A stretch of 63,440 bases of DNA, filler included, from Clostridia bacterium (GTDB taxonomy: Bacteria; CBDUZB01; JAGLHV01), in the NCBI GenBank assembly GCA_030637025.1. It is 6 parts of 6 records of this genome, joined end to end, with 100 filler letters (N's around TTAATTAATTAA, not from the genome) between each part and the next. Parts side by side here need not be neighbours in the genome. Positions count along the whole stretch, not along the records: positions 31,160 to 38,167 come from DAOVVV010000063.1; positions 38,268 to 53,590 come from DAOVVV010000046.1; 4 more parts are not named here. One strand, written 5' to 3'. Under the pieces are notes generated by a model that searched no databases, was not told where the DNA came from, and worked only from the letters and a program-made list of their open reading frames with translations. The translations under genes and the position numbers were made by a program. Positions 36,277 to 46,668 of the stretch are shown here, piece by piece (within the stretch, counting starts at the first letter, position 1; every line of letters starts with the position of its first letter).

Positions 36277-36478
36277 CTTTTTACCGAAGGAGAGTGAAAA
36301 AATGCTTGCCCTGGATTTTTTAATTTATTATACTTGCTGTTAGAAAGCGGGGAATAAAAAAACGGGTCATTTTCGAAAAAATATAAATTATTAAGTTTGT
36401 TCTTTTTTAGTAAAGGTTAAAAGCTAATAAATTTAGAATATAAATTTATAGTAAAGATTTAAAATCTTAATTAAAGGA

Positions 36479-36952
36479 GTGAAAAAAATGGAAACACTGG
36501 TAGTTTTTTATTCAAGGAGCGGAAGTACGAAAAAAATAGGAGAGGAGATAGCCAAAACATTAAATGCTGATATTGATGAAATTATTGATAGAAAAGACAG
36601 AAGCGGAATTAAAGGTTTGTTTACCGGGCCAATAGATATTCTTTTAGATAAGCACACTAAAATCGAAAGCAAAAAAAATCCATTAGAATATGATTTAGTA
36701 ATTATTGGAACTCCTGTTTGGTTGGGAACAATGACCCCGGCAATAAAAACATATTTAGCGGATAATGATTTCAATAGGGTTGCTTTTTTTTGTACTTATG
36801 GTAGCACACCCGGGAGAACATTTAATGAAATGGAGAAATCAACCAGAAAACCTGAAGCAGTGTTAGGAATAGTGAAAAAAGAGATAGAAAAAGATGAGAC
36901 CAAAGAAAATATCAAGAACTTTAGTGATAGGGTAATTAAAGAAAGCATTTAA
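36479..36952 (+). CDS. Flavodoxin-like protein
   Basis: VFYSRSGSTKK, GTPVW, AFFCT. Confidence 0.88.
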   Translation: MKKMETLVVFYSRSGSTKKIGEEIAKTLNADIDEIIDRKDRSGIKGLFTGPIDILLDKHTKIESKKNPLEYDLVIIGTPVWLGTMTPAIKTYLADNDFNRVAFFCTYGSTPGRTFNEMEKSTRKPEAVLGIVKKEIEKDETKENIKNFSDRVIKESI

Positions 36953-37043
36953 TTTTTTTTAAAAAGATTATTAATAATTATTTAAAAATAAATTTAAAAT
37001 AATACGGTTCTCAAAAGTGACAATTTATTAAGGAGGAAAGTCC

Positions 37044-37733
37044 ATGGATTTATCTGCACTGTATAAAGTTAGTTACGGGATGTACATTGTTAGTTCAAAA
37101 AAACAAGGCAAAATAAATGGGCAAGTAGCCAATACTGTATTTCAGATAACCTCCAGTCCTCCTACGTTAGCCGTTAGTATTAATAAAAAGAATTTAACCC
37201 ACACCTTTATTCAGGAAAGCAAAATATTTACTGTTTCTATTCTTTCACAAACAACACCAATGAGCATGATTGGAACTTTCGGTTTTAAATCGGGTCACAA
37301 TATTGATAAATTTAAGGATATAAATTATAAATCAGGAATAACCGGTGCCCCGGTTGTTTTGGAAAGTGTTATTGGGTACTTGGAAGCAGAAGTTATTAAT
37401 GTGTTGGATGTAGGAACGCATACGCTTTTTATCGGAAAGCTAATAGCAGCTGAAAGTATTAGCGGTGATGTTCCGATGACTTATGCTTATTATCATCAGA
37501 TGAAAGGCGGAAAAGCCCCCCCAACAGCCCCCACCTATATTAAAGAAGAACTTAAAAAGGAAGAGGGGGAAACGCAGAAATATAGATGTACTGTTTGTGG
37601 TTATATTTATGAGCCCCAAAAAGGCGATCCGGATGCCGGAATAAAACCGGGAACTGCTTTTAATGACTTACCGGATGATTGGGTTTGTCCTGTTTGTGGT
37701 GCCGGAAAAGAAGCTTTTGTAAGAGAGAATTGA
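37044..37733 (+). CDS. hrb: Flavin reductase-rubredoxin fusion (high-molecular-weight rubredoxin)
   Basis: Flavin reductase domain plus CTVCGYIY...WVCPVCG. Confidence 0.9.
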   Translation: MDLSALYKVSYGMYIVSSKKQGKINGQVANTVFQITSSPPTLAVSINKKNLTHTFIQESKIFTVSILSQTTPMSMIGTFGFKSGHNIDKFKDINYKSGITGAPVVLESVIGYLEAEVINVLDVGTHTLFIGKLIAAESISGDVPMTYAYYHQMKGGKAPPTAPTYIKEELKKEEGETQKYRCTVCGYIYEPQKGDPDAGIKPGTAFNDLPDDWVCPVCGAGKEAFVREN

Positions 37734-37786
37734 GGGAAAATAAAAATGATTAACGGAAACAAAGGCATAAAAAAGAGGAATAAATA

Positions 37787-38167
37787 ATGAAAGTACTTAA
37801 AGGGACAGCGGTATCATCAGGGTTGGTAAAAGGAGTAGTTTGTTTATATTCAGACCAAACCGAAGAAGCTGTTCCGCATTATACTATTAGCGATAGCCAA
37901 ATATCAAACGAAATTACTCGTTTGCAGGAGAGTTTTCGCAAAACGCAAGATAGTATGCAGGAAATGATTAAAGCCGCAGAGAAAGTTTTTGATAAACAAG
38001 CGGTGGGAATATTTAGTGTTCATCTAATGATGCTTAAAGATGAGGAATTGCTGAGAAAAATAATTACTTTAATCAGAGAAAAAAAGATTAATGCCGAACA
38101 TGCTGTTAATGATGTTTTTGAAACATTTATAAATTTATATAATAAGAAACAACTGCATTTTAAAGAA
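37787..38167 (+). CDS. ptsI: PTS enzyme I, N-terminal fragment
   Basis: LKGTAVSSGLVKG, IFSVHLMMLKD, INAEHAV. Confidence 0.8.
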
Positions 38168-38267
38168 NNNNNNNNNNNNNNNNNNNNNNNNNNNNNNNNN
38201 NNNNNNNNNNNTTAATTAATTAANNNNNNNNNNNNNNNNNNNNNNNNNNNNNNNNNNNNNNNNNNNN
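38168..38267. other. Artificial contig linker
   Basis: N-TTAATTAATTAA-N. Confidence 0.99.
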
Positions 38268-38482
38268 ATATGTTTTTCTCTAAACGCATAATTTTACCCT
38301 TCGGGCACGCAAAAACAAGCTAAAAATAAGCAACTCGCTTTGCTCAGACAAGCTTATTTTTTTAACGCTAATTTTTGCTAAAATTTGCTAAGTCGTTCAA
38401 AACATATTATGCCTTTGTTCTAAAGAATAAGGGTGAAGAAGGAAAGCCAAAATATGTTTTTCTCTATATGCGTTATTTTGCC
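38268..38482. repeat. Long imperfect hairpin repeat related to the 21637/21805 repeats
   Basis: ATATGTTTTTCTCTAAACGCATAATTTTACCCTTCGGGCACGCAAAA shared; AAAAATAAGC/GCTTATTTTT stem around AACTCGCTTTGCTCAGACA. Confidence 0.75.
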
Positions 38483-38542
38483 TTATAAAAAAAGAGATAA
38501 ATAAAAAGTTTAATATATTTTTTAATAAAAAAGAGGAAAAAG

Positions 38543-39319
38543 ATGAAAATAATAGCAGTAGTTAATCAAAAAGGTGGAGTAGGAAAAACAACTACCGCCA
38601 TAAATGTAGCGGCTTGCCTGGCTGAACAAGGACAGGAAACATTACTTATTGATGGAGATCCTCAGGCAAATGCAACTAGTGGTTTGGGTATAGACAAGCG
38701 AGGGATAAAAAAAGGTGTTTATGATCTTTTACTGGAGGAAGCATCTTTGGAAGAAGTTCTTATTTCTACAGATATTGATTGGTTGGATTTAGTGCCTTCC
38801 AGCCCGGATCTTATTGGTGCCGAAGTAGAACTGGTAACAGCTTTATCCCGGGAAACAAGATTAAAAAAAGCCCTGGTTAAAATGAAAGAAGTTTATAAAT
38901 TTGTTATTTTAGATTGTCCTCCTTCCTTAGGGTTGTTAACGATTAACAGTTTAACTGCAGCAGAATCGGTTTTGATTCCGATTCAATGTGAATATTATGC
39001 TCTGGAAGGGTTAGGTCAACTAGTTCATACAGTAGAATTAGTAAAGAGAAGTTTAAATCCGGGCTTACAAATTGAGGGAGTTGTGTTAACTATGGCTGAT
39101 ATGCGAGTTAATCTGGCGGAACAGGTAATTGGAGAGGTAAGGAAATTTTTTAAGGATAAGGTTTACCAAACAATTATTCCTCGCAATATAAAACTTTCCG
39201 AATCTCCCGGGTTTGGAAAACCAATCATTCTCTATGATCGAAATTCCCGGGGAGCGGAAGCTTATATAAATTTGACCCGGGAAATATTGGAAAAAAACAA
39301 ACTAAACGGAGGCGATTAA
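38543..39319 (+). CDS. parA: Chromosome partitioning ATPase Soj/ParA
   Basis: NQKGGVGKTTT, DPQANAT, DCPPSLGLLT. Confidence 0.97.
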   Translation: MKIIAVVNQKGGVGKTTTAINVAACLAEQGQETLLIDGDPQANATSGLGIDKRGIKKGVYDLLLEEASLEEVLISTDIDWLDLVPSSPDLIGAEVELVTALSRETRLKKALVKMKEVYKFVILDCPPSLGLLTINSLTAAESVLIPIQCEYYALEGLGQLVHTVELVKRSLNPGLQIEGVVLTMADMRVNLAEQVIGEVRKFFKDKVYQTIIPRNIKLSESPGFGKPIILYDRNSRGAEAYINLTREILEKNKLNGGD

Positions 39320-39374
39320 AATAGATTTTTTACCGGCAAAGTAATTTATATAACCGGATGTCAGTAAAAAAAAA

Positions 39375-39403
39375 TTGACAATTAATCGAATTCCAAGTAA
39401 AAT
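39375..39403 (+). promoter_or_regulatory. Putative sigma70 promoter
   Basis: TTGACA-17-TAAAAT. Confidence 0.6.
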
Positions 39404-39441
39404 AAATAAGGATTTTAAAAAAAAGAAGAAAGGGAAAAAAA

Positions 39442-39867
39442 ATTAAACTTTCAGCACATATTGGAATTTCTTTTCTTGGTGCAGGGATAATTTTTAGCTT
39501 AACTAAATTAAGCACTTTAAGTGTTGTATTTTTTTTATCAGGGGTATTGATAGATTTAGACCATTTTTGGGATTACTTCAAAAATGAAGGATTAAAATTT
39601 AATTTTTCTGATTTCTTTAATAAATTTTATCATAAGCAGTATAAAAAATATTGTCTTCCCTTTCATTCCTGGGAATTAATTTTATTTTTTGGAGGAAGCC
39701 TGCAATTTTTTCCGGAGAATAAAATTTTATTAGGAATTTTTATGGGAACTTTTCAACATCTTTTTTTTGATCAAATTTTTAATTCTGTAAAACCGTTGGG
39801 TTATTTTTTCTTATATAGGTTAAAGTATAATTTTAAGGATCAGCATATTTTTAAAAGCAAGGACTGA
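39442..39867 (+). CDS. Membrane-bound metal-dependent hydrolase-like protein; probable ATT start
   Basis: KLSAH..., GVLIDLDH, PFHSWE, QHLFFDQ. Confidence 0.65.
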   Translation: MKLSAHIGISFLGAGIIFSLTKLSTLSVVFFLSGVLIDLDHFWDYFKNEGLKFNFSDFFNKFYHKQYKKYCLPFHSWELILFFGGSLQFFPENKILLGIFMGTFQHLFFDQIFNSVKPLGYFFLYRLKYNFKDQHIFKSKD

Positions 39868-39879
39868 AAACTTTAAAAA

Positions 39880-41484
39880 ATGAAAAAAGAAAACATAGAC
39901 AAATTAGAGATTTTAGAAAAAATAAATCAATTACTGTCTTTCTGTGACCATTTAGATCTTCTTCTTCAGGAAGTTATCTCTCTGATTGCTAATTTAGTGG
40001 ATGCCCAGGGAGGGGTTGTTTTATTTTTTGAAGAGCAAATTAAAGAATTTATTGTTGCGGCCAGCCGGTTTGAAATAAAAGAAGGAGAAATAAATAAAAA
40101 GATAAAAATCAATCCGGATCAAACCCGGATCGAAAAAATCCTGGACTCAAAACAAGCGGTAATGGAGAATAATATTGTTGATAGAGAAAGACAAACAGGA
40201 GAAACGGAAGATTATTGTATAGAAAATGTTATCAGCATTCCTTTAATAAGAAAAGACAAATTATTTGGAATAGTTGAAGTCTACAACAAAAAAAACCAGG
40301 GAGAAGGATTTAGAGAGGAAGATTTTTCTTTAATTTGTTTTTTAATGGGGAAGATTGCATTAATCATTGAAAAAGCCTGTCTTTTTAACCGTTCAGAGAA
40401 AAAGATTGCAGAATTAAATAAACTTCTAAAGGCTACAGAAGTAGTGTATTCCAGTTTGGATTTGAGGGTTGTTTTAAATACAATTATGTCGTTTGCTATG
40501 CAATTATTAAATGCAGAGGCCAGCTCGGTGCTTTTGGTTGACGGGGAAGAAGAGTTGTCTTTTATTGTGGCATCCGGAGATAAAGAAAGAAATTTGGAAG
40601 AAATTCATTTGAAAAAAGGAGAAGGTATTGCCGGATGGGTAGCGGAAAAAGGCGAATTACTTCTGATCCCGGATGTTTCCCTTGACCCTCGTTTTGCCAA
40701 AAGAGTAGACCAAATTTCAGGATTTAAAACAAAATCAATGCTTTGCATCCCCTTAAAAGTAGGGCATAAAATAGTAGGGGTAATAGAGGTAATTAATAAG
40801 AAAAAGAAAGGTAGTTTTACTGCAGATGATATTCGTATTTGCAGTTCCCTTGCCGGACAATCAGCTATGGCTATCGAAAAAGCTAAATTATATAGAGACT
40901 TAGAAGATCTTTTCTTGTCTACAATAAAATCTATTGCCGAAGCTATAGATGCTAAAGATCCTTATACCAGAGGGCATTGTGAGAGAATCAGAAAATATAC
41001 TGTGTTGATTGCAGAGAAATTCGGGTTTTCAGAAAAAGAAAAGAGGAATATAGAGATAGCTGCTTTATTGCACGATGTAGGAAAAATAGGTGTTCCTGAA
41101 GCAGTGCTAACGAAAGAAGGAACTTTAACAGAAAAGGAGTGGAAAAAAATTAAAAAACATCCGGTAATGGGGGAACAAATATTAAGTTCAATAAAACAAT
41201 TAGAGGAAGTTCTTCCGGTTATACGACATCATCAGGAAAGATTTGATGGAAGCGGTTATCCGGATAAATTAGAAGGTAACGATATTCCCTTAGCCAGCAG
41301 AATTATTGCGGTAGTTGATTCTTTTGATGCAATGACTTCAGAGAGGCCGTATCGTAGGAATAGTTTTTCTGACGAAATGGCTCTCAAAGAAATAGAAATA
41401 AAAGCAGGTTCTCAGTTTGATCCACAATGTGTACAGGCGTTTCTTATTATTTACCAGAAGGAATTAAAAGGAATTATGAGATAA
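39880..41484 (+). CDS. GAF-GAF-HD-GYP cyclic-di-nucleotide phosphodiesterase
   Basis: Two GAF domains; DPYTRGHCER, LHDVGKIG, HHQERFDGSGYP. Confidence 0.93.
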   Translation: MKKENIDKLEILEKINQLLSFCDHLDLLLQEVISLIANLVDAQGGVVLFFEEQIKEFIVAASRFEIKEGEINKKIKINPDQTRIEKILDSKQAVMENNIVDRERQTGETEDYCIENVISIPLIRKDKLFGIVEVYNKKNQGEGFREEDFSLICFLMGKIALIIEKACLFNRSEKKIAELNKLLKATEVVYSSLDLRVVLNTIMSFAMQLLNAEASSVLLVDGEEELSFIVASGDKERNLEEIHLKKGEGIAGWVAEKGELLLIPDVSLDPRFAKRVDQISGFKTKSMLCIPLKVGHKIVGVIEVINKKKKGSFTADDIRICSSLAGQSAMAIEKAKLYRDLEDLFLSTIKSIAEAIDAKDPYTRGHCERIRKYTVLIAEKFGFSEKEKRNIEIAALLHDVGKIGVPEAVLTKEGTLTEKEWKKIKKHPVMGEQILSSIKQLEEVLPVIRHHQERFDGSGYPDKLEGNDIPLASRIIAVVDSFDAMTSERPYRRNSFSDEMALKEIEIKAGSQFDPQCVQAFLIIYQKELKGIMR

Positions 41485-41527
41485 ATGAAAAATTTAAGCA
41501 GTTAAAAAATTGAAAAGGAGAAAAAGA

Positions 41528-41824
41528 ATGTCAGAGGAGAATAAAGATAAACAGATTAAAATACAAATAGATTTAGATGAGATAACAGCACAAGGGATTT
41601 ATTCTAATTTGGCTTCTATTTCACACACGGAATCAGAATTTACTATGGATTTTATTTATCTGCAACCCCAGGCACCAAAGGCAAAAGTACGAAATAGGGT
41701 AATTATTAGTCCCGGCCATGCAAAACGATTTTTTCAGGCATTGGAAGATAATATAAAGAAATATGAAAAACAATTTGGCAGTATAAAAACAGTAGGGAAT
41801 GGTGGTAAGAAAATTGGGTTTTAA
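41528..41824 (+). CDS. DUF3467 family protein
   Basis: GIYSNLASISHTESEFTMDF...RVIISPGHAKR..YEKQFG. Confidence 0.85.
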   Translation: MSEENKDKQIKIQIDLDEITAQGIYSNLASISHTESEFTMDFIYLQPQAPKAKVRNRVIISPGHAKRFFQALEDNIKKYEKQFGSIKTVGNGGKKIGF

Positions 41825-41907
41825 GATTTTAATGGATTAAAGAAAACTAAAAAGGAGAATAAATAGAATCTCTGGAGTTGCCAAAATCTAAAAAAAGGAG
41901 AAAAAAA

Positions 41908-42756
41908 ATGAGAAAGGTTTTAGGACGAGGATTAGATGCGTTAATTCCATCTTTTGTTTCTGATGACGAAGGAAAAAAAACAATTATAAATATTGCCCTG
42001 GATAAAATAAAACCGAATAAATATCAGCCGCGTTTCCATTTTGCTGAAGAAAAAATAATGGAATTAGCTAATTCCATTAAAGAAAAAGGTGTTGTACAGC
42101 CAATTTTAGTTTCAAAAAAAGGTGAGGAGTATGAATTAATTGCGGGGGAAAGAAGATGGAGGGCAAGTCAAAGAGCTGGATTAAATGAGATTCCTGCTCT
42201 GGTAAAAGAGATATCGGAAAAAGAGATTTTTGAAATATCCCTAATAGAAAATGTCCAGAGAGAAGATTTGAAGCCTTTAGAAGAAGCGGAAGCTTATCAG
42301 CGAATAAGTAAAGAATTTGAATTAACCCAGGAGGAATTGTCAAAAAGAATAGGCAAAACCCGGTCGACGGTGGCTAATAGTTTAAGATTATTGACATTGC
42401 CTGATAAAGTAAAAGAATTAGTAGTTTCCGGGATGCTTTCTGCCGGTCATGCCCGGGCAATACTTTCCTTGAAGGAACAAAAAAATCAAGAAGAATTGGC
42501 TCAAAAGGTGGTAACTCAAAAATTGACAGTTAGAGAAACGGAAGAAATTGTTCAGAAATATAAATTTAAAAAGGGACAAGCCGGAACCAAAGAAGAAAAA
42601 ACACAAAATCCGGAAATAGTTAATATTGAAGAGAAATTACAATATGTTTTAGGAACAAAGGTGAAAATAAAAAATAGCGGAAAAAAAGGGAAAATAGAAA
42701 TTTTTTATTACTCATTAGAAGACCTGGAGAGAATCCTAAAATTGATGAAGACATAA
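41908..42756 (+). CDS. parB: Chromosome partitioning protein ParB/Spo0J
   Basis: LGRGLDALI, PNKYQPR, IAGERRWRA, ENVQREDL. Confidence 0.97.
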   Translation: MRKVLGRGLDALIPSFVSDDEGKKTIINIALDKIKPNKYQPRFHFAEEKIMELANSIKEKGVVQPILVSKKGEEYELIAGERRWRASQRAGLNEIPALVKEISEKEIFEISLIENVQREDLKPLEEAEAYQRISKEFELTQEELSKRIGKTRSTVANSLRLLTLPDKVKELVVSGMLSAGHARAILSLKEQKNQEELAQKVVTQKLTVRETEEIVQKYKFKKGQAGTKEEKTQNPEIVNIEEKLQYVLGTKVKIKNSGKKGKIEIFYYSLEDLERILKLMKT

Positions 42757-42899
42757 AAAAGGGGTGTTGGTTTTTACGAAAGAACCAAAAAAAATAGCTT
42801 AAAATATTAATAAACGATGAGGAAAAGGAGGTGATAAATAAACCAAACCGGATCAAAAAAAGGATAAGCCTGAAATATTTTTTAAAAAAGGAGAAAAGA

Positions 42900-43505
42900 A
42901 TGAAAAAATTAGCCATATTTATGGTAATTGTATTAAGTTTGGGAATTTTGGTTGGGTGTGCCGGAAAATCAAAAGATAGAATTGTAGGGAGGCAAGTAAT
43001 AGTAGAAAGAAATCCTGACAAAACTCCTTCATGGATAATGAAAACATTTGAAGAGAAAAAAGATATAATGTATTTTAGCGGTGGAGTCAAAGGTGTAGGA
43101 GATTACAGTGTAGGGTTGAGACAGGCAAAAGCAGAGGCAGTAAAAAATGTAGCAGAATCTATAAAAACCAAGGCACGTACAGAATTTGTTTCTAATACCC
43201 GCGGAGCAAATTTATCTCCGGATGATTTAGGCCGTTTCATTGAAGACGGAATAGCAATGGTTACGGATAATTTGGAAATAGGAGGAATGCTTCCCAAAGA
43301 GAATTATTATGAAAAAGTAGAAGAAGTTACTGACTACGGGGTAAAATATACTTATAATTGTTTTTCCCTTGTTCAAATGGCAGTCAGAGACTATAAGGAA
43401 GCCAGAAGGCGGGCAATTGAAAATTTAGCGGATAAGGCCAGGGAAGAAAACAATAAAAAGGCCGAAGAAACAGCGAAAGATTTATTGAAAAGACTTACAG
43501 ATTAA
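42900..43505 (+). CDS. LPP20-like lipoprotein
   Basis: Lipobox LVGC; PSWI; AKAEAVKNVA. Confidence 0.7.
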   Translation: MKKLAIFMVIVLSLGILVGCAGKSKDRIVGRQVIVERNPDKTPSWIMKTFEEKKDIMYFSGGVKGVGDYSVGLRQAKAEAVKNVAESIKTKARTEFVSNTRGANLSPDDLGRFIEDGIAMVTDNLEIGGMLPKENYYEKVEEVTDYGVKYTYNCFSLVQMAVRDYKEARRRAIENLADKAREENNKKAEETAKDLLKRLTD

Positions 43506-43547
43506 AAAAGGATTTTTAATTAAATGAGAATTAGAGTTTTTTCAGCT

Positions 43548-43684
43548 TGCTGACAAAAATTCTGTAGTCGAATTGGCCCTGAGCATTTCAGCTGAGTAGT
43601 CGAAGGGATTAGCATAAACTCCCTTGAAGGGAGTCGAAGGGTCTCGGGTTTAATTCCCCGTAGCTTGCTGCGGGATAGTTTATT
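43548..43684. repeat. Composite palindromic repeat, copy 2
   Basis: Matches 9173-9329 in blocks. Confidence 0.8.
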
Positions 43685-43772
43685 AAGGTAATCGGAAGAA
43701 ACTCAACCTTATAGAGGGTAAAGGGAAAGAGGTATTTCCGATTACCTTTGTTCGGAAAGTTAGAGGTAAAAA

Positions 43773-45164
43773 ATGAAAAGACTTTTTTTTATCAGTATAA
43801 GTGTAAGTTTACTTTTTTTGGTTGTTGGTTGTACTAAATCAATAAAAAATTCCAATTTAATTTATTCTTCCGGAAAACAGAAACCGGTATGGTTGACTAA
43901 GCCGCCGGAGGCAGACAGTCGTTTTTTATATTTTGTAGGTGTAAATACGAGGGCTGGGACTTTGGAAGAAGGAAAAAAAAGTGCTATTCAGAGTGCAGTA
44001 AATGAAATTGTTGGATATTTTGGGATAAAAGCCAAAACCCGGTATGAAGAGAAAAAGAACGAAATTTCTACGGAAATTATGGATCAGATTGTAACTAAGG
44101 GAGAAGCTAAAGTCAGCGGGGTAAAACTCCAGGAAATGTATTACGAACAATGGAAAGGAGAGAGGGGAGATCATTTTTATAATATCTTTATTTTATTGCG
44201 TTACCCCCGCTCGGAAATTGAAAAGGAAAAAAGGAGAATACAGGCAGAGAAAAACCGTAAAAAAAATCAAGCCCGCGAAATGTTTAATTTAGCCGGGAAA
44301 CTTGTCCAAAAAGGAGAAGTAGCGAGTGCTCTGGAAAATTATGCACAGGCATTAAAAGTTTTAAAAGAAGTAGTAGAAGCACAAACCCTTTATCGGACAA
44401 TCCTTAACGAAGCAACCAGAACCTTACAAAAAATAAAGATAGAAGCATTGCCTTACGATGAAAAAGGAGAAACTATTTTAGGGTTAAAACATCCTCTTTC
44501 CGTGAAACTAATGTACCAGCTGGAAGAAGAAATCCCTTTAAAGAATGTTCCGATTATATTCAAATTTATCCAGGGGAAAGGAATACTGGAAGAAAAAGTT
44601 TTTTCTGATAGGGAAGGGGTGGCTTCCAGTCGGGTTAAAAAAATTAATTTTGCAAATAAATTAAATGTTGTGGAAGCATTTGTTAAACAGGACATTCTCT
44701 CTCATTCTCAGGCAGGAAAAGTTAATTTTACTTTTACTGCCCGGGGAAAAAACATTCCTTTATGGGAGAAAGATTTTTTCTTTTTTTTCGGAAGGGGCAG
44801 GAAAACAGAAAAAGTTGTTTTTTATAAAAACGAAAAGCAAGGTGTACTCCTTACTATTGAACTTTTTAATCCGGGAGCAACGGAAAGAATAATTTTTACT
44901 TTAAGTCCGTTTGAGGGAGGAGTTAGTTCGGAAAATAAAAATAGTAAAAAAATAGAAGTTAAAGGAATTAGATTGATAGATGGTCAGGAAAAAATTTTGT
45001 TTTTAGCCAGCGAGTGTAAACAGGGAGAGAAGAAAGAAATAGATTTATCTTCTTTAAAGATTATTACTGAGATTCTGGAATTTAAGACGAAACAATATAC
45101 TAATCCTTATAGCGGAAATTTTAAAGCATTTGAGCAAATAAAAATAAGAATAAGTATTTTTTAA
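43773..45164 (+). CDS. LPP20-like lipoprotein with TPR-like and Ig-like regions
   Basis: Lipobox VVGC; KPVWL; YFVG. Confidence 0.7.
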   Translation: MKRLFFISISVSLLFLVVGCTKSIKNSNLIYSSGKQKPVWLTKPPEADSRFLYFVGVNTRAGTLEEGKKSAIQSAVNEIVGYFGIKAKTRYEEKKNEISTEIMDQIVTKGEAKVSGVKLQEMYYEQWKGERGDHFYNIFILLRYPRSEIEKEKRRIQAEKNRKKNQAREMFNLAGKLVQKGEVASALENYAQALKVLKEVVEAQTLYRTILNEATRTLQKIKIEALPYDEKGETILGLKHPLSVKLMYQLEEEIPLKNVPIIFKFIQGKGILEEKVFSDREGVASSRVKKINFANKLNVVEAFVKQDILSHSQAGKVNFTFTARGKNIPLWEKDFFFFFGRGRKTEKVVFYKNEKQGVLLTIELFNPGATERIIFTLSPFEGGVSSENKNSKKIEVKGIRLIDGQEKILFLASECKQGEKKEIDLSSLKIITEILEFKTKQYTNPYSGNFKAFEQIKIRISIF

Positions 45165-45247
45165 ATACGCAAATTACACAGAACAGAAAAGAATTTTTGG
45201 TAATGGGGAGAGGAGTTTTGTTTATGTATTGTAATAGGAGGTTAAAT

Positions 45248-45748
45248 TTGAAGAAGAAAAGATTTTTTTTAATTTCTATTTTAGGAATAATGTTTTTTGT
45301 CTTGCCTCTTTCAGCAAGTGGTGTATTAAAAAAGAGTGTGAAAGAACTTACCGTTTCTGCAGAAGAAATAATAAAAGGAAAAGTAAAAGAAATTAATAGT
45401 CAATGGGATGATAAAAAAACACTTATTTATAGCCAAATAACGATAGAGGTAAAAGAAATAATCAAAGGAGAAAGCGAAAGAGAAGAAATAGTAATTAAAC
45501 AATTAGGGGGAAGCATAGATAATATAAGGCTAAAGATTGCAGGTATGCCTTTATTTAAAGAAGAAGAAGAGGTAATCCTTTTTTTAAACAAACACAAAAA
45601 ACAATTAAAAAAATTTTATGTAACCGGGTTGTGTCAGGGAAAATTTGTAGTAAAAAACGAAAAGGTAGAAAGAAATAATTTAACAGTACAGCAATTTATA
45701 GGAAACATTAAACAAGTTATCAGAGGGCTTGAGCGGGAGGGGAATTAA
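45248..45748 (+). CDS. Exported hypothetical protein resembling a peptidase-associated N-terminal domain
   Basis: Signal peptide; ELTVSAEEIIKGKV, LGGSI, GMPLFKEEEEVILFL, QGKF; start uncertain (45197-45248). Confidence 0.65.
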   Translation: MKKKRFFLISILGIMFFVLPLSASGVLKKSVKELTVSAEEIIKGKVKEINSQWDDKKTLIYSQITIEVKEIIKGESEREEIVIKQLGGSIDNIRLKIAGMPLFKEEEEVILFLNKHKKQLKKFYVTGLCQGKFVVKNEKVERNNLTVQQFIGNIKQVIRGLEREGN

Positions 45749-45750
45749 CA

Positions 45751-46668
45751 GTGTTATCTTGGAAAAAGATTATAGGTGAATTAATTATTGTAGTAGGAGT
45801 AATTGTGTCCTACAGTTTTTCTTATCAAATCCTGGGAATTAAATGGGACAAGGATAATATTCCGGTAGATTATTATATCAATTATTTTGGAACGCCGGAT
45901 TGTCCCGGAGAAAATTCAGCGATAATATCTTCTTTTAATTCATGGGAAACTGTTTCGGGGCAATATATGGATTTTACTTATAAAGGGCCAAGTTCAGAAA
46001 CATATGCTTTTGATGGTACGAACCTTTGTGTCTGGATTGAATCCGGTTGGCCGGAAGAATGGTATGGGGCAATAGCTATGGCTTCTATTTGGTTTAATGA
46101 GCTTACTGGCGAAATTCTGGAAGTAGATATTACTTTTAACGGGGAACATTTTGAGTGGTCTTCTTCAGGTCAAAGTAATAAAATTGATGTACAGAATATT
46201 GCTACCCATGAAATCGGCCATTTTGTGGGGTTGGATGATTTGTACCATCCATCTGACAGTGAGGCAACAATGTATGGATATTCCTGGAATGGAGACACAA
46301 CAAAAAGAAGCTTAAGTCTCGACGATCGAGATGGCATCAGGGCTATTTATCCCGGTTACATTGGGCCAAAAACAGGTGATTATGTTATGGCAGCAAAAGT
46401 ATCTATGATTAACAATTTAATTAATCTGAATAAAGAAGAAACGTGCAGTATAGGGTTCCAATTATTTGAATCTAAACGAATAAAAATAAAAATTTACACT
46501 ATAGATGGCGAACTGGTAAAAAGTTTAGCTGATGACCCTTATGAAGAAGGTTCCCATTGGGTTTTTTGGTCAGGAAAAAATGATGCAGGGGATAAAGTAG
46601 GGGCAGGAATTTATTTGGTTAGATTTAATATTACTGAAAAAATCTATAAAATTGCGGTGATAAAATGA
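45751..46668 (+). CDS. Matrixin-like metzincin protease with C-terminal FlgD-Ig/T9SS-like domain
   Basis: HEIGHFVGLDD, Met-turn ATMY, IKIYTIDGELVK..WSGKND..GIY. Confidence 0.85.
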   Translation: MLSWKKIIGELIIVVGVIVSYSFSYQILGIKWDKDNIPVDYYINYFGTPDCPGENSAIISSFNSWETVSGQYMDFTYKGPSSETYAFDGTNLCVWIESGWPEEWYGAIAMASIWFNELTGEILEVDITFNGEHFEWSSSGQSNKIDVQNIATHEIGHFVGLDDLYHPSDSEATMYGYSWNGDTTKRSLSLDDRDGIRAIYPGYIGPKTGDYVMAAKVSMINNLINLNKEETCSIGFQLFESKRIKIKIYTIDGELVKSLADDPYEEGSHWVFWSGKNDAGDKVGAGIYLVRFNITEKIYKIAVIK

